Source of the DNA: Candidatus Aminicenantes bacterium
GTDB lineage: Bacteria; Acidobacteriota; Aminicenantia; UBA2199
Length of the DNA stretch: 63,908 nt
Assembly (NCBI GenBank): GCA_016934475.1
Contig: JAFGST010000177.1
Coordinates: 1 to 63,908, forward strand
Direction of reading: 5' to 3'
Shown: in pieces, positions 29,195 through 38,796 of the stretch
Layout: each line of letters starts with the position of its first letter
Numbering within the stretch: position 1 is the stretch's first letter
Translations under genes and position numbers: made by a program
Notes under the pieces: model-generated
Databases searched by the model: none
Told to the model about the DNA's origin: nothing
The model's input: only the letters and a program-made list of their open reading frames with translations

Positions 29195-30625
29195 ATGGGA
29201 AAACGAGTTATCGAGTCGCCGGTTCCATTCGTGCTGCGCAAAATACTCATCGAGAAGATCTCGGGTGACCTGACGATCCGTGGGGAAAACTTCGAAAAAA
29301 GCCTCTATTTCAGCAATGGTTGTCTTTGTTTTGCCAAGACCAACGTGCTGCACGAACGCCTGGGCGAAGTGCTTTTCAAGATCGGCACGATCAACCAGAC
29401 GCAATTCTGGGACATCCACCGCTTGATATCGGGGCAGAAGAACAGGCTGGGGAGGATCCTGATCGAGAACAGCATCATCAGCCAGAAGGACCTTTTCTTC
29501 GGCCTGATCCATCAGGTCCGGCTGATCGCCCTTTCCACGTTCGCCTTGACCAGCGGCGAGTGGGAGTTTTCCACCGTCCTCCCGGAAATTCCCGATGACT
29601 CGCGGTTCAAGATCGAATTGCCCGGAATCTTCGTCGAGGGAGTGCCGCGCTTCAAAAGCCTGGCGTTGTTCAAGAACAGCTTTGCCAAGCGTACCGTAGG
29701 CACCCGTCCGCTGCCGGCCGATATCGCCAGTTTCCTGAAAAGCGAGGACCTGGAGCTGCTGAAGAAGCTGGATGCCGGCGCCACGGGATCGAGCGAGAAG
29801 CTTGCCGGGGAGTTCGGCATGGCGGATGAACTGTTCTGGCAGAAGCTGGCCCTCTTCTTTTTCCTGAATCTTGTGGAGTTCGGCGACAGCGGAGTCAAGA
29901 AGGAACTGGGCAAGAACCAGGTCGACCTGCTCGCCTTCTACGAACGGCTGAAAGCCGGGGACGTGGACCATTACGATCTTTTCGATTTGAAGAACACGGC
30001 CACCGCCAACGAAATCAAGGACGTCTATTTTCAGCTGGCGAAGAAATACCATCCGGATCGCCTGGGCGAGGATCCCGATCCCGAGTTGCGTGACAAGGCG
30101 AACTTCGTATTTGCCCGCATCAACAAGGCGTTTGAGGTCCTCAGCGACGAGGAGAAAAGGCGCGAATACGACATGAAGGGCTACAAGGAACTCCAAGGCA
30201 AGGAGGCGGCCGGCGAGAACTTGGTCGAGAGGGCCAACCTCTATTACCGCAAGGCCAAGACCCTCTATGCCCAGCAGAGGTTCCGGGAGGCCGCCAGCGT
30301 CCTGGAGGAGGTGGTGCGCAACGATCCCAACCGGGCTTCCTATTTTCTTTTGCTCGGACTGAGCCAGTCCAACATCCCGAACTTGCGGCGGGCGGCCGAG
30401 AAAAATTTTCAAAGGGTCATCGAAATGGAACCCTGGAATCCAGAGCCCTATGCCGCGCTCGGGCTCCTGTTCCAGTATGAAAAGCTGGAGAAGCGCGCCG
30501 AGAACTTTTTTCGCAAAGCCCTGGCGATCGACCCGGATCACGAGTTGGCCAAGAAGAGGCTTTCCGAACTATCCGAAAGCGGCAAGAAGCAATCGGTGTT
30601 TTCGCTCTTGAAAAAAAGGAAATAA
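29195..30625 (+). CDS. DUF4388-like N-domain / J-domain / TPR protein
   Basis: 476 aa with a central J-domain (DHYDLFDLKNTATANEIKDVYFQLAKKYHPDR) and C-terminal TPR-like repeats. The N-terminus (LRKILIEKISGDLTIRGENFEKSLYFSNG) resembles DUF4388. Confidence 0.8.
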   Translation: MGKRVIESPVPFVLRKILIEKISGDLTIRGENFEKSLYFSNGCLCFAKTNVLHERLGEVLFKIGTINQTQFWDIHRLISGQKNRLGRILIENSIISQKDLFFGLIHQVRLIALSTFALTSGEWEFSTVLPEIPDDSRFKIELPGIFVEGVPRFKSLALFKNSFAKRTVGTRPLPADIASFLKSEDLELLKKLDAGATGSSEKLAGEFGMADELFWQKLALFFFLNLVEFGDSGVKKELGKNQVDLLAFYERLKAGDVDHYDLFDLKNTATANEIKDVYFQLAKKYHPDRLGEDPDPELRDKANFVFARINKAFEVLSDEEKRREYDMKGYKELQGKEAAGENLVERANLYYRKAKTLYAQQRFREAASVLEEVVRNDPNRASYFLLLGLSQSNIPNLRRAAEKNFQRVIEMEPWNPEPYAALGLLFQYEKLEKRAENFFRKALAIDPDHELAKKRLSELSESGKKQSVFSLLKKRK

Positions 30626-30663
30626 GCCCTCCCCTATATTTTGTGTTTCATGGAAAAGCCGTA

Positions 30664-30691
30664 TTGACATTTAGCGTTTTTCAGGTAATAT
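30664..30691 (+). promoter_or_regulatory. Predicted promoter of glgA-trxA-trxB
   Basis: TTGACA (30664-30669), 16-nt spacer, TAATAT (30686-30691). Confidence 0.5.
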
Positions 30692-30717
30692 AAGCCTCGT
30701 TGGCGATGCCGAAATAA

Positions 30718-32184
30718 TTGGGGAGCCCCGTGAACATTCTTTTCTTGACGTCCGAGGCCGTGCCTTTTGCCAAGACGGGCGGCCTCGCGGATGTATCGGG
30801 GGTCCTGCCGCGCTTCCTGGCCGAGAGCGCAAACGTATCGCTCATAATGCCGGACTATGCGACCCGGCAAATCCGCGAGCTGGCCCCGACCGTTGTCGCC
30901 ACGTTCAGCGTTCGTGCGGGAATCCACGCCTTTCCGGCCGTCATCCGCAAGCTATCCGTTTCCGCCACGCTTACCATCTATTTCGTCGTCAACGATGCGT
31001 TCTTTGCCCGGGAGTTTCTTTACGGAGATTCTGCGGGCGACTACCCGGACAATTTCATCCGCTTCTTGTTTTTCCAGCTGGCGGTTCTGCAATTCATCAG
31101 CGACCAGGGGCTTCATTTCGACATCGTCCACTGCAATGACTGGCAGACGGCCATGGTCCCGCTTTTCCTGAAATCGGAGCCCTGGTCGGTCGCCTTGGGC
31201 CGCGCCAAGACCGTTTTTTCCATTCACAATCTGGGCTATCAAGGGATATTCCCGGCCGAGGTTTTCGCGGAGACAGGGCTTCCGCAGCGTCTGTTTTCTC
31301 CCGAATACCTGGAGTTCTACGGGAAGCTGAATTGCCTGAAGGCCGGGATCATTTTCTCCGACCGCCTGGTCACCGTCAGCCCCACCTATGCCATGGAGAT
31401 CGTCCATGCCGACCAGGGTTTCGGGCTGGAGGGGCTGCTCGGCCGGTTTGCCTGCAAGCTGAGCGGCATACTTAACGGGGTCGACTATTCCCTGTGGAAT
31501 CCCGAGGTCGATCCGTTCATTCCCTTCCCCTTCTCCTTCCACTCCCTGGAGGGAAAAGCCAAGAACAAGACGGCTCTTTACGGCGAGCTGGGAGTGGCCA
31601 AAGAAAGTCATGTGCCCTTGCTGGTCATGATCTCCAGGATTTCCGCGCAGAAAGGCATCGACCTCCTGCTGAAGCTCCTGCCGGAGTTGTTTCAGCAGGA
31701 GATCCACTTCGTTTTTCTTGGGATCGGCGATCGGGAATGGAGCGAGCAGTTGCAGGTGCTGGCCGGGCGCTATCGTGAAAAGATGACCTTTCTGAACCGC
31801 TTCGACGAGAGAATGGCCCATTGGCTGGAAGCGGCCGCCGATATCCTGCTCATGCCCTCCGCCTACGAACCCTGCGGCCTGAACCAGATCTACAGCATGA
31901 AATACGGGACGGTGCCGGTGGTGCGCGCCACGGGGGGATTGGAGGACTCGGTGCAGGAATTCGACCCGGCCACACGCCGGGGCACGGGTTTCAAGTTCCG
32001 CGGTGCGGATGTCGCGGCGGCGGCGGCCGCAGTCCGCAGGGCGCTGCGCTTCTTCGCCGACCGCGACTTGTGGCGACAGCTGCAAAAAAACGGCATGGAG
32101 ATGGACTTTTCCTGGGCGAAAGCCGTTCGCCAATACATTGATTTATACAAAAAAGCCTTAAGGGAGGAACCGTGCCATGGCTGA
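30718..32184 (+). CDS. glgA: Glycogen synthase (ADP-glucose type)
   Basis: 488 aa with N-terminus ILFLTSEAVPFAKTGGLADV and a GT5/GT1 C-terminus. The start may be TTG 30718 or GTG 30730. Confidence 0.92.
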   Translation: MGSPVNILFLTSEAVPFAKTGGLADVSGVLPRFLAESANVSLIMPDYATRQIRELAPTVVATFSVRAGIHAFPAVIRKLSVSATLTIYFVVNDAFFAREFLYGDSAGDYPDNFIRFLFFQLAVLQFISDQGLHFDIVHCNDWQTAMVPLFLKSEPWSVALGRAKTVFSIHNLGYQGIFPAEVFAETGLPQRLFSPEYLEFYGKLNCLKAGIIFSDRLVTVSPTYAMEIVHADQGFGLEGLLGRFACKLSGILNGVDYSLWNPEVDPFIPFPFSFHSLEGKAKNKTALYGELGVAKESHVPLLVMISRISAQKGIDLLLKLLPELFQQEIHFVFLGIGDREWSEQLQVLAGRYREKMTFLNRFDERMAHWLEAAADILLMPSAYEPCGLNQIYSMKYGTVPVVRATGGLEDSVQEFDPATRRGTGFKFRGADVAAAAAAVRRALRFFADRDLWRQLQKNGMEMDFSWAKAVRQYIDLYKKALREEPCHG

Positions 32185-32497
32185 GATCTTGTCCGCCAAC
32201 GACCTGAATTTCGAAAGCTTCATCCAAACCGAGCGCATGGTCATCGTCGATTTCTGGGCCCCGACCTGCGCTCCCTGCCGCCTGATGGAACCAGGGCTGG
32301 AGCAGGTCGCCTCCAATCACGAGGGGAGCGTGAGGATCCTTAAAGTCAACGTCAACGAAAGCCCCAAGACATCTTCGCGATATTATGTGCGCACCCTGCC
32401 CACCTTGCTGTTCATCAAGGAGGGGGAGGTCCGCACGCAGATCGTCGGCGCCGTGAATCCCCAGCAGATCGAGAAGACGCTGAGCGAGGTCGGCTGA
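32177..32497 (+). CDS. trxA: Thioredoxin with atypical active site (TCAPC instead of WCGPC)
   Basis: 106 aa with a thioredoxin fold pattern (VDFWAPTCAPCR...TLPTLLF..G). It overlaps the glgA end by 8 nt. Confidence 0.85.
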   Translation: MAEILSANDLNFESFIQTERMVIVDFWAPTCAPCRLMEPGLEQVASNHEGSVRILKVNVNESPKTSSRYYVRTLPTLLFIKEGEVRTQIVGAVNPQQIEKTLSEVG

Positions 32498-33420
32498 TGG
32501 ACAAAATCTGGGACGTGATCATCATCGGCGGTGGACCGGCCGGATTGTCTGCGGCCATCTACTGCGGCCGGGCGATGAGAAAGACCCTGGTGCTGGAAAA
32601 AAAGGTCTTCGGCGGGCAGATCGTGCTGGCCGACATCATCGAGAATTACCCGGGTTTCGCCGAGCCGATCGTTCCCGCCGACCTGATGGACCAGATGTCA
32701 AAGCAATGCCAACGGTACGGGGTGGTGCTGGAGAACGATGAAGCCACCGCTCTGCGCCGCGAGGGTCAGGGCTGGCGGATCGATGTCTACCAGGAAACCC
32801 TGGAGGCGAAGGCGATCATTTATGCCGCCGGCTCCCTTCACCGCTTCCTGGAGGTGAAGGGAGAGAAAGAACTGCTCGGACGCGGAGTTTCGGTATGCGC
32901 TACCTGCGACGCACCTTTTTTCACCCAGCGCAAGGTGGCGGTCATTGGCGGCGGCGACACGGCGCTGGTCGAGGCCCTTCATCTTGCCAAATTCGCCTCC
33001 AGGGTCTCCGTGATCCATCGCCGGGACCAGTTCCGAGCCGAGCGCATCCTGCAGAAGCGGGTCTTTCAGAACGACAAGATTGAAACCATTTGGGATTCGC
33101 TGGTTCTCGGCTTCCAGGGAGAGCGGAAGCTCGAAGCGCTGGAAGTGCATAACAAGAAAACCGGCCGGATCGACATCCTGCCCTTTGAAGGCGCCTTCTT
33201 GGCCATCGGCACCATTCCCAATACCGCTCTGTTGCGGGACATCGTCGAGCTGGACGTAAACGGCTACGTCGTTGCCGATCTCTCCCTGGCCACCGGCCAG
33301 CCGGGGCTGTACGTCGCCGGCGAGTTGATCCGGGGCAACCGTAGGCAAGTGGCCATCGCGGTGGGCATGGGCGTGCAAGCCGCGCTCGGCTGCGAAGATT
33401 ATCTCGCCACCCTGGATTGA
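32497..33420 (+). CDS. trxB: Thioredoxin-disulfide reductase
   Basis: 307 aa with FAD motif IIIGGGPAGLSAA, redox motif CATCD and NADPH motif VIGGGDTA. Its start abuts the trxA stop. Confidence 0.93.
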   Translation: MDKIWDVIIIGGGPAGLSAAIYCGRAMRKTLVLEKKVFGGQIVLADIIENYPGFAEPIVPADLMDQMSKQCQRYGVVLENDEATALRREGQGWRIDVYQETLEAKAIIYAAGSLHRFLEVKGEKELLGRGVSVCATCDAPFFTQRKVAVIGGGDTALVEALHLAKFASRVSVIHRRDQFRAERILQKRVFQNDKIETIWDSLVLGFQGERKLEALEVHNKKTGRIDILPFEGAFLAIGTIPNTALLRDIVELDVNGYVVADLSLATGQPGLYVAGELIRGNRRQVAIAVGMGVQAALGCEDYLATLD

Positions 33421-33478
33421 TTTCCCCGGGGCAACGGCGTATAGTTCGGTTTGCCGTTCGTTCCAGAGACGGGGGGAC

Positions 33479-34486
33479 ATGGTTCAAGCGCTGCTCGGAG
33501 AGACCGATGAAAGTAAGTGGGTCACCTGCCGTTTGTGTGCCCACGAGTGCCGCATTCCCCCGGGGAAATGCGGGACTTGCGGGGTGCGCAGGAATCTGGA
33601 CGGGGAGCTGGTCTCCCTGAACTCGGACCGGATCGTGGCCATGCACGTGGACCCGATCGAAAAAAAGCCCCTGTATCATTTTTTGGCCGGGTCGCGCTCT
33701 TTTTCCATTGCGGCCATGGGCTGCAATTTTTCCTGCCGCTTCTGCCAGAACCATGAGATCTCCATGGTGAAGAACGAAGAGGCTATCCAAGGTGAACGCC
33801 TAACTCCGGAGCAACTGGTGGCGATCGCCCTCCGGAACCGCTGCCGATCGATCGCCTACACCTATACCGAGCCTACGGTCTTCTTTGAACTGATGCTGGA
33901 GACCGCCAGACTGGCGCGCGCGGCCCGGCTCCGGAACGTGATGGTCAGCAATGGCTACCTGACGATGCGGGCTCTATCGCTGCTGGCCCCGTTCCTGGAC
34001 GGGGCCAACATCGACCTGAAGTCCTTTCGCGACGACTTTTACAGGAAATACTGCTCGGCCCGGCTGCAGCCGGTCCTGGAGACGATCGCCGCCATGAGGC
34101 GCATGGGAATCTGGATCGAGGTCACGACCCTGCTGATCCCGGGATTGAACGACGGGCCCGAAGAACTGGAGCAGTTGATCTCCTTCCTGCTCGAGCTGGA
34201 CGCGAGCATCCCCTGGCACGTGTCCCGCTTCTTTCCCCAATATCGTCTGGCCGACATTCCGCCCACCGACGCCGCCGCGATTCATGGGGTGCTGCAGCAT
34301 GCCGAGGACGAGGGGATGAAGTTTACCTACGGCGGGAACCTGGCCGATTCGCGATGGAGCAACACGCGTTGTCCGGCATGCGCCGAAACCCTGATCGAGC
34401 GCAGGGGATATCGCGTCGAAAGCGTCGGGCTGCAATCGGGAACCTGTCGCTTCTGCGGCGCCGCCTTGCCCGGCGTCTGGGACTAG
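33479..34486 (+). CDS. AmmeMemoRadiSam system radical SAM enzyme
   Basis: 335 aa with an N-terminal Cys cluster (CRLCAHECRIPPGKCGTCGVRRN), DPIEKKPLYHF and the radical SAM motif GCNFSCRFCQN. Confidence 0.85.
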   Translation: MVQALLGETDESKWVTCRLCAHECRIPPGKCGTCGVRRNLDGELVSLNSDRIVAMHVDPIEKKPLYHFLAGSRSFSIAAMGCNFSCRFCQNHEISMVKNEEAIQGERLTPEQLVAIALRNRCRSIAYTYTEPTVFFELMLETARLARAARLRNVMVSNGYLTMRALSLLAPFLDGANIDLKSFRDDFYRKYCSARLQPVLETIAAMRRMGIWIEVTTLLIPGLNDGPEELEQLISFLLELDASIPWHVSRFFPQYRLADIPPTDAAAIHGVLQHAEDEGMKFTYGGNLADSRWSNTRCPACAETLIERRGYRVESVGLQSGTCRFCGAALPGVWD

Positions 34487-34564
34487 CGGCGCGAAGGGGA
34501 TCCGGGCCTGCCGCCGGCCGATTCCGGGCACGATTGACAAAAGATTGCCCATGCGATACTTTTT

Positions 34565-35899
34565 GTGCTGGAGATGAGCATGCCTGAATCGACGACACCC
34601 AGCGAAAAGGACAACATCCCGGCTTCCCAAGCCACCTCAGGTCCGTCGGCCGACGTACCCCACGGCGCGGGACCGGCGGCCGCGCGACCTCCTGAGACAA
34701 CCCCGGAGAGCGAGGCGACCGCCGTAACGGAAGGGGCCGCCGCTGCAGCTCCGCCGGGAGCCGGCAAAAAACCCGGCGCCGCGCCCGTGAAAGCGGCACC
34801 CGGGGCGGCGTGGCCGAAGCACGCCTGGCTGATCGTTGCGGTCGGACTGTTGCTAATTCTGATTCTGTTTTTCGTGGCCACCCGCCCGCGGCAGAAGACG
34901 GCCCAGGTAGTCCCGACAGCCGCGGCTCAGGACACCCAGGAGGAGTCCGCCGCCGCCGGCTACCCGGCCTTTCTGGCCGAGCGCAACGCGGCCAGGGACG
35001 AAAGATATGCCGAGCGAGTTCTGACCGACGAACCGTATGCCGGGCAGGCCCCGCTGGCGCCACGCGCCGATGGTCCGCTGGTCTCCGCCGAGATCGACGC
35101 GCAGCTGGCGGCGCTGGCCGACGCGTTCAGGATCCGGATTCAGATCCTTCAGCCCAGCCAGCAGACCGCTCGGGGACGGACCGTCTCCCGGGTCACCCGG
35201 GGCGATTTCCGGGGATTCAAGGTTACGGTGGTCGAACCCATGGTAGAAGGCAAGATCGTCTCGGAGGAAATCACCGTGATCACACCCCTGAACGGTGTAT
35301 TCAAGACCGTCAACCACGTACTGCAGGATGTGCAACGAACCGATTTTTCCCGCATCCTTTCCGAAATACGCAACGCCGGCCTGGAACCGACCCTGCGGCC
35401 CGGCCCGTCCGGCAAGAAAACCGTTCAGGCGCTGCTGCGAGCGGTTCGTCATTGGGGAAAGCCCGTTGCCGAGGAGCTGTTGATCTCGGGAGACCGAGTT
35501 GGCGCCGTTCCCCTGGGTCTGCCCACCCGGCGACTGAAGAGCCGCCTGCCCGACTCGTACGACCTGCTAAAAAGAAAAGTCCTTGTCGATGACGTCTACT
35601 ACGACGTGTACAAGGTCCTGGACGGGCGCGGCGAGCCGTTGTTCTATATTTATGAAAAAGAGGGAGCGGTGTGGGGCATCACGGTCGTCAACGACGTTTT
35701 CAAGACCGAAATGGGCGTCGGCATCGGCAGCTCCCTGGACCGGCTGCGCATCCATTATCCCTCGATCAAGCTGGCCTACTCGGAGAGGAAGACTCCCTAT
35801 GTCCGCATCGACGGCATCCAAGGGATATTCATTATCCAGGAAAACGGCGAAAAAAAGATCGTTTCCATCTTGATCGGAAATTCACCCGAGTTCCCCTGA
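34565..35899 (+). CDS. Hypothetical single-pass membrane protein with Pro/Ala-rich N-terminus
   Basis: 444 aa. The first ~85 aa are low-complexity (P, A, G, E, T), followed by one TM (AWLIVAVGLLLILILFFVA) and a ~330-aa extracytoplasmic domain with no motif I recognise. Confidence 0.6.
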   Translation: MLEMSMPESTTPSEKDNIPASQATSGPSADVPHGAGPAAARPPETTPESEATAVTEGAAAAAPPGAGKKPGAAPVKAAPGAAWPKHAWLIVAVGLLLILILFFVATRPRQKTAQVVPTAAAQDTQEESAAAGYPAFLAERNAARDERYAERVLTDEPYAGQAPLAPRADGPLVSAEIDAQLAALADAFRIRIQILQPSQQTARGRTVSRVTRGDFRGFKVTVVEPMVEGKIVSEEITVITPLNGVFKTVNHVLQDVQRTDFSRILSEIRNAGLEPTLRPGPSGKKTVQALLRAVRHWGKPVAEELLISGDRVGAVPLGLPTRRLKSRLPDSYDLLKRKVLVDDVYYDVYKVLDGRGEPLFYIYEKEGAVWGITVVNDVFKTEMGVGIGSSLDRLRIHYPSIKLAYSERKTPYVRIDGIQGIFIIQENGEKKIVSILIGNSPEFP

Positions 35900-35939
35900 T
35901 CCCTGCTCCCTCCCCACCCGGCCGGGCGGCGGTTCGGGA

Positions 35940-37811
35940 TCACTTGGCGATCAAACCCAGGAGGCCGGTGGAGAGAAAAGGGACGTAGGTGATCAGCAGG
36001 ACCGCCGCTAGTTGGATCAACAGGAAGGGCAGTACGTCCCTGTAGATCCTCCCCATCGGCTCATTGAAGGAATATGAGGCCAGGAAAAGGTTCAAGCCGA
36101 CCGGCGGCGTGAGGTATCCCAACTCCATGTTCGCCAGGAAGATGATCCCCAAGTGCACGGGATGGATGCCGAACAGGTTGCCCAGGGGGATGATCAGGGG
36201 AACCACGACCATGATCGCCGAAAAGATATCCATAAAGCAGCCGGTGATCAGCAGGGCCAGGTTAAGCAGCAGGAGGAAAACGTACTTGGAGCCGATGGCG
36301 CTCTGCACCCAGGCGGTCAGCCGCATGGGGATTTCGGCGTCGACGATGAAATACGACAGCCCCTTGGCCAGCGCCAGGATGGCCAGTACGCCGCCGATGA
36401 TCGGCAGGCACTTGAGCAGGACCTGGGGCAGTTCCCTTGGCCGGATATCCCGGTGAATGAAGACCTCGACGATCAGCGCGTAGACGACCGCCACGGCGCC
36501 GCTTTCGACCAGAGTGGTGATGCCGCCGAAATAACCCCAGACGATGATGACGGGCAGGAGGATCTCCCAGAAGGACACGCGGATGGCCGCCAGCGCTTCC
36601 CTGGTGACGAAACGCTCGCGCGGGATCTTGTTCCTGCGGGAGAAAAAAACCGCGAACAGGACCATGGCCAGCACCATGATGATCCCCGGCCCGATGCCGC
36701 CCACGAACATGTCGCGGATGCTGATCTGGGCCGTGACCCCGTAGATGATAACCGGCAGACTGGGGGGGAAGAGCAGGCCGATGCTGCCGCTGGCGGTCAG
36801 AAGGCCGGAGCTGAAGCTCTTTTTGTAGCGGCCTTTGATCAGCACGTAGGAAAGCAGAGCGCCCACGGCCAGGATGGTGACTCCCGAGGCCCCGGTGAAG
36901 GTCGTGAAGAAAGTGCATACCAGGATGGCCATGATGGCCAGGCCGCCGGGGAACCAGGAGAAAAAGGCCTTGAAGAGACGCACGAACCGTTCGCCGGCCT
37001 TGCTTTCGGACAGCAAGAAGCCGGTGAAGGTGAAGAGGGGAATCGCCGGGATGGAGTGGCTGGTCAGGAGGAAATAGGCCTCGTTGGCGATCACTTCCAG
37101 GGGCTGGGCGGCATGGGCGAAGAGCATGTAGCCGATACCGCCGAGAACGACGAAAATTGGGACCCCGGTCAGCGCCGTCATGGCCAGCAGCAGGATGATG
37201 GGGGTCGACAGGTGGATCCCGATCTGGTTGAAGAGGGGAAGGAAAGATTCGAAGAACCGGTTGCCGGACGGCAGGAGAAGCTGGACAATGTTCACTAGCG
37301 GTCCCCAGGCCAGGAACGTCCCGACCATGAATCCCGAGGAGGCGAGGATCTTGCCCGCCGTCTTCGCGGATGCGCGCACGGCGAAGCGGAACGCCATCAG
37401 GGCGTAGCCGAGAGGCATGACCATCACGATCCAGCGCAGGGGAAAGAAGGCGATCCGCTCGCTGGCGTCGAAAGCGTTCAGGAGGAAGGACATGGAGCAC
37501 CAGGCGAAGGCCGTGCAGAAGACCGTGCTCAGGAATCCATTGAACAGCCGGATACGGACCTGGAACCGCTCCCGGAACTTGATGTTGAGCGTGAGCGAAA
37601 GGTGGCGATTCTCCCGGGAGGTGATGGCCGCGCCGAGGAAGGCCAAAACCAGCACCAGATGATGGGTGAACTCGGTCGAATTGCGGACACCCGTGCGGAA
37701 GAACTTGCGGGCGACCACTTCCATCACGGGAAACAGCGCCAGGAGCAGGACCGTCAGCAGGGAGAGCAGGTTTTCCAGGGACCGCCCCGCCCGGAAGAGC
37801 TTCTCACGCAT
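35940..37811 (-). CDS. TRAP transporter fused small/large permease (DctQ-DctM fusion)
   Basis: 623 aa, highly polytopic. It overlaps the DctP-like gene by 8 nt. Confidence 0.88.
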   Translation of the reverse strand: MREKLFRAGRSLENLLSLLTVLLLALFPVMEVVARKFFRTGVRNSTEFTHHLVLVLAFLGAAITSRENRHLSLTLNIKFRERFQVRIRLFNGFLSTVFCTAFAWCSMSFLLNAFDASERIAFFPLRWIVMVMPLGYALMAFRFAVRASAKTAGKILASSGFMVGTFLAWGPLVNIVQLLLPSGNRFFESFLPLFNQIGIHLSTPIILLLAMTALTGVPIFVVLGGIGYMLFAHAAQPLEVIANEAYFLLTSHSIPAIPLFTFTGFLLSESKAGERFVRLFKAFFSWFPGGLAIMAILVCTFFTTFTGASGVTILAVGALLSYVLIKGRYKKSFSSGLLTASGSIGLLFPPSLPVIIYGVTAQISIRDMFVGGIGPGIIMVLAMVLFAVFFSRRNKIPRERFVTREALAAIRVSFWEILLPVIIVWGYFGGITTLVESGAVAVVYALIVEVFIHRDIRPRELPQVLLKCLPIIGGVLAILALAKGLSYFIVDAEIPMRLTAWVQSAIGSKYVFLLLLNLALLITGCFMDIFSAIMVVVPLIIPLGNLFGIHPVHLGIIFLANMELGYLTPPVGLNLFLASYSFNEPMGRIYRDVLPFLLIQLAAVLLITYVPFLSTGLLGLIAK

Positions 37812-38796
37812 CGTCGCCTTGGCGGTATTCGCGCAGGATCTGCAGCAGCTTCTCGTAAATCTCCCTGCCGAACACCTTGCCGATCAGCTCGTCCATCCCC
37901 TTGTCGGCCGCCTCCTTCCATTGCGCAAGGCTGTCGGCGGGGACCTCGTTGATGCGCAGGCCGTGCTTCTTCATGGCCTCCATGGCCTTGTCTTCCAGAA
38001 TCGCGGTTTCTTTGGCCAGCCGAACCGACACTTTCTCGACCGCATCCATCATGGGCTGCTTGTAAGTACCGGGGATCCGGCTCCAGATCCCGTCCTCGAT
38101 CACCATGCCGCCCACCAGGGGGGCGACCTTCAAGGGGCACATGTTCGGGGCCAGCGGAAAATACTGCCCCGAGCCGGCCACCAGCGGCGGCAGGTAAAAG
38201 GCATTGACCATGCCGCTCTGCAGCGCCATCATCAGGTCTTTTAGCTCGGTGGGGACAATGTGGTAGCCCGATTTTTTCCATGCCTGCTCCAGCGCCGGCT
38301 CGCCGGTGCTGAACGCCAGCTTCTGCTTTTTCAGGTCCTGGGGGTACTGGATGGGATCCTTAGTGAAAAAGTTCACCCAGCCGCTCATGGTCCAGATGAT
38401 GACCTGGAATCCCCTCCCCTTGATCTGTTGCTCAAAGATCGGCGTGAGGCGCTTCAGGACGTACGCCATCTCCTTCTCGGAGTGGAACATGAAGGGAGTG
38501 CTGAGGACGAAGGCGTCGGGGTAGATCTTGGTCAGGCCGATGTTGGTCAGCACGGCGCCGCCCAGGATTCCGACCTTCATTTTGCGGATCATGTCCTCTT
38601 CGTTGCCGGCGATCCCCCCGGGGTAAATCTTCAAGCGGATCTGGCCGCGGGTGATCGCCTGCCATTCCCGGGCGATCTCCTTCAGGGCATCGTTCCAGGG
38701 AGAACGGTCAGGGGCAATGCTGCCGATCTTGATCACCTGAGCCGGTAAAGCCAGAGCCGCCGCCAGCAGGAGCAGACATGCGCGTATCGACTTCAT
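37804..38796 (-). CDS. TRAP transporter substrate-binding protein (DctP family)
   Basis: 330 aa with a signal peptide followed by IKIGSIAPDRSPWNDALKE..., a typical DctP/TatP N-terminus. Confidence 0.88.
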   Translation of the reverse strand: MKSIRACLLLLAAALALPAQVIKIGSIAPDRSPWNDALKEIAREWQAITRGQIRLKIYPGGIAGNEEDMIRKMKVGILGGAVLTNIGLTKIYPDAFVLSTPFMFHSEKEMAYVLKRLTPIFEQQIKGRGFQVIIWTMSGWVNFFTKDPIQYPQDLKKQKLAFSTGEPALEQAWKKSGYHIVPTELKDLMMALQSGMVNAFYLPPLVAGSGQYFPLAPNMCPLKVAPLVGGMVIEDGIWSRIPGTYKQPMMDAVEKVSVRLAKETAILEDKAMEAMKKHGLRINEVPADSLAQWKEAADKGMDELIGKVFGREIYEKLLQILREYRQGDDA

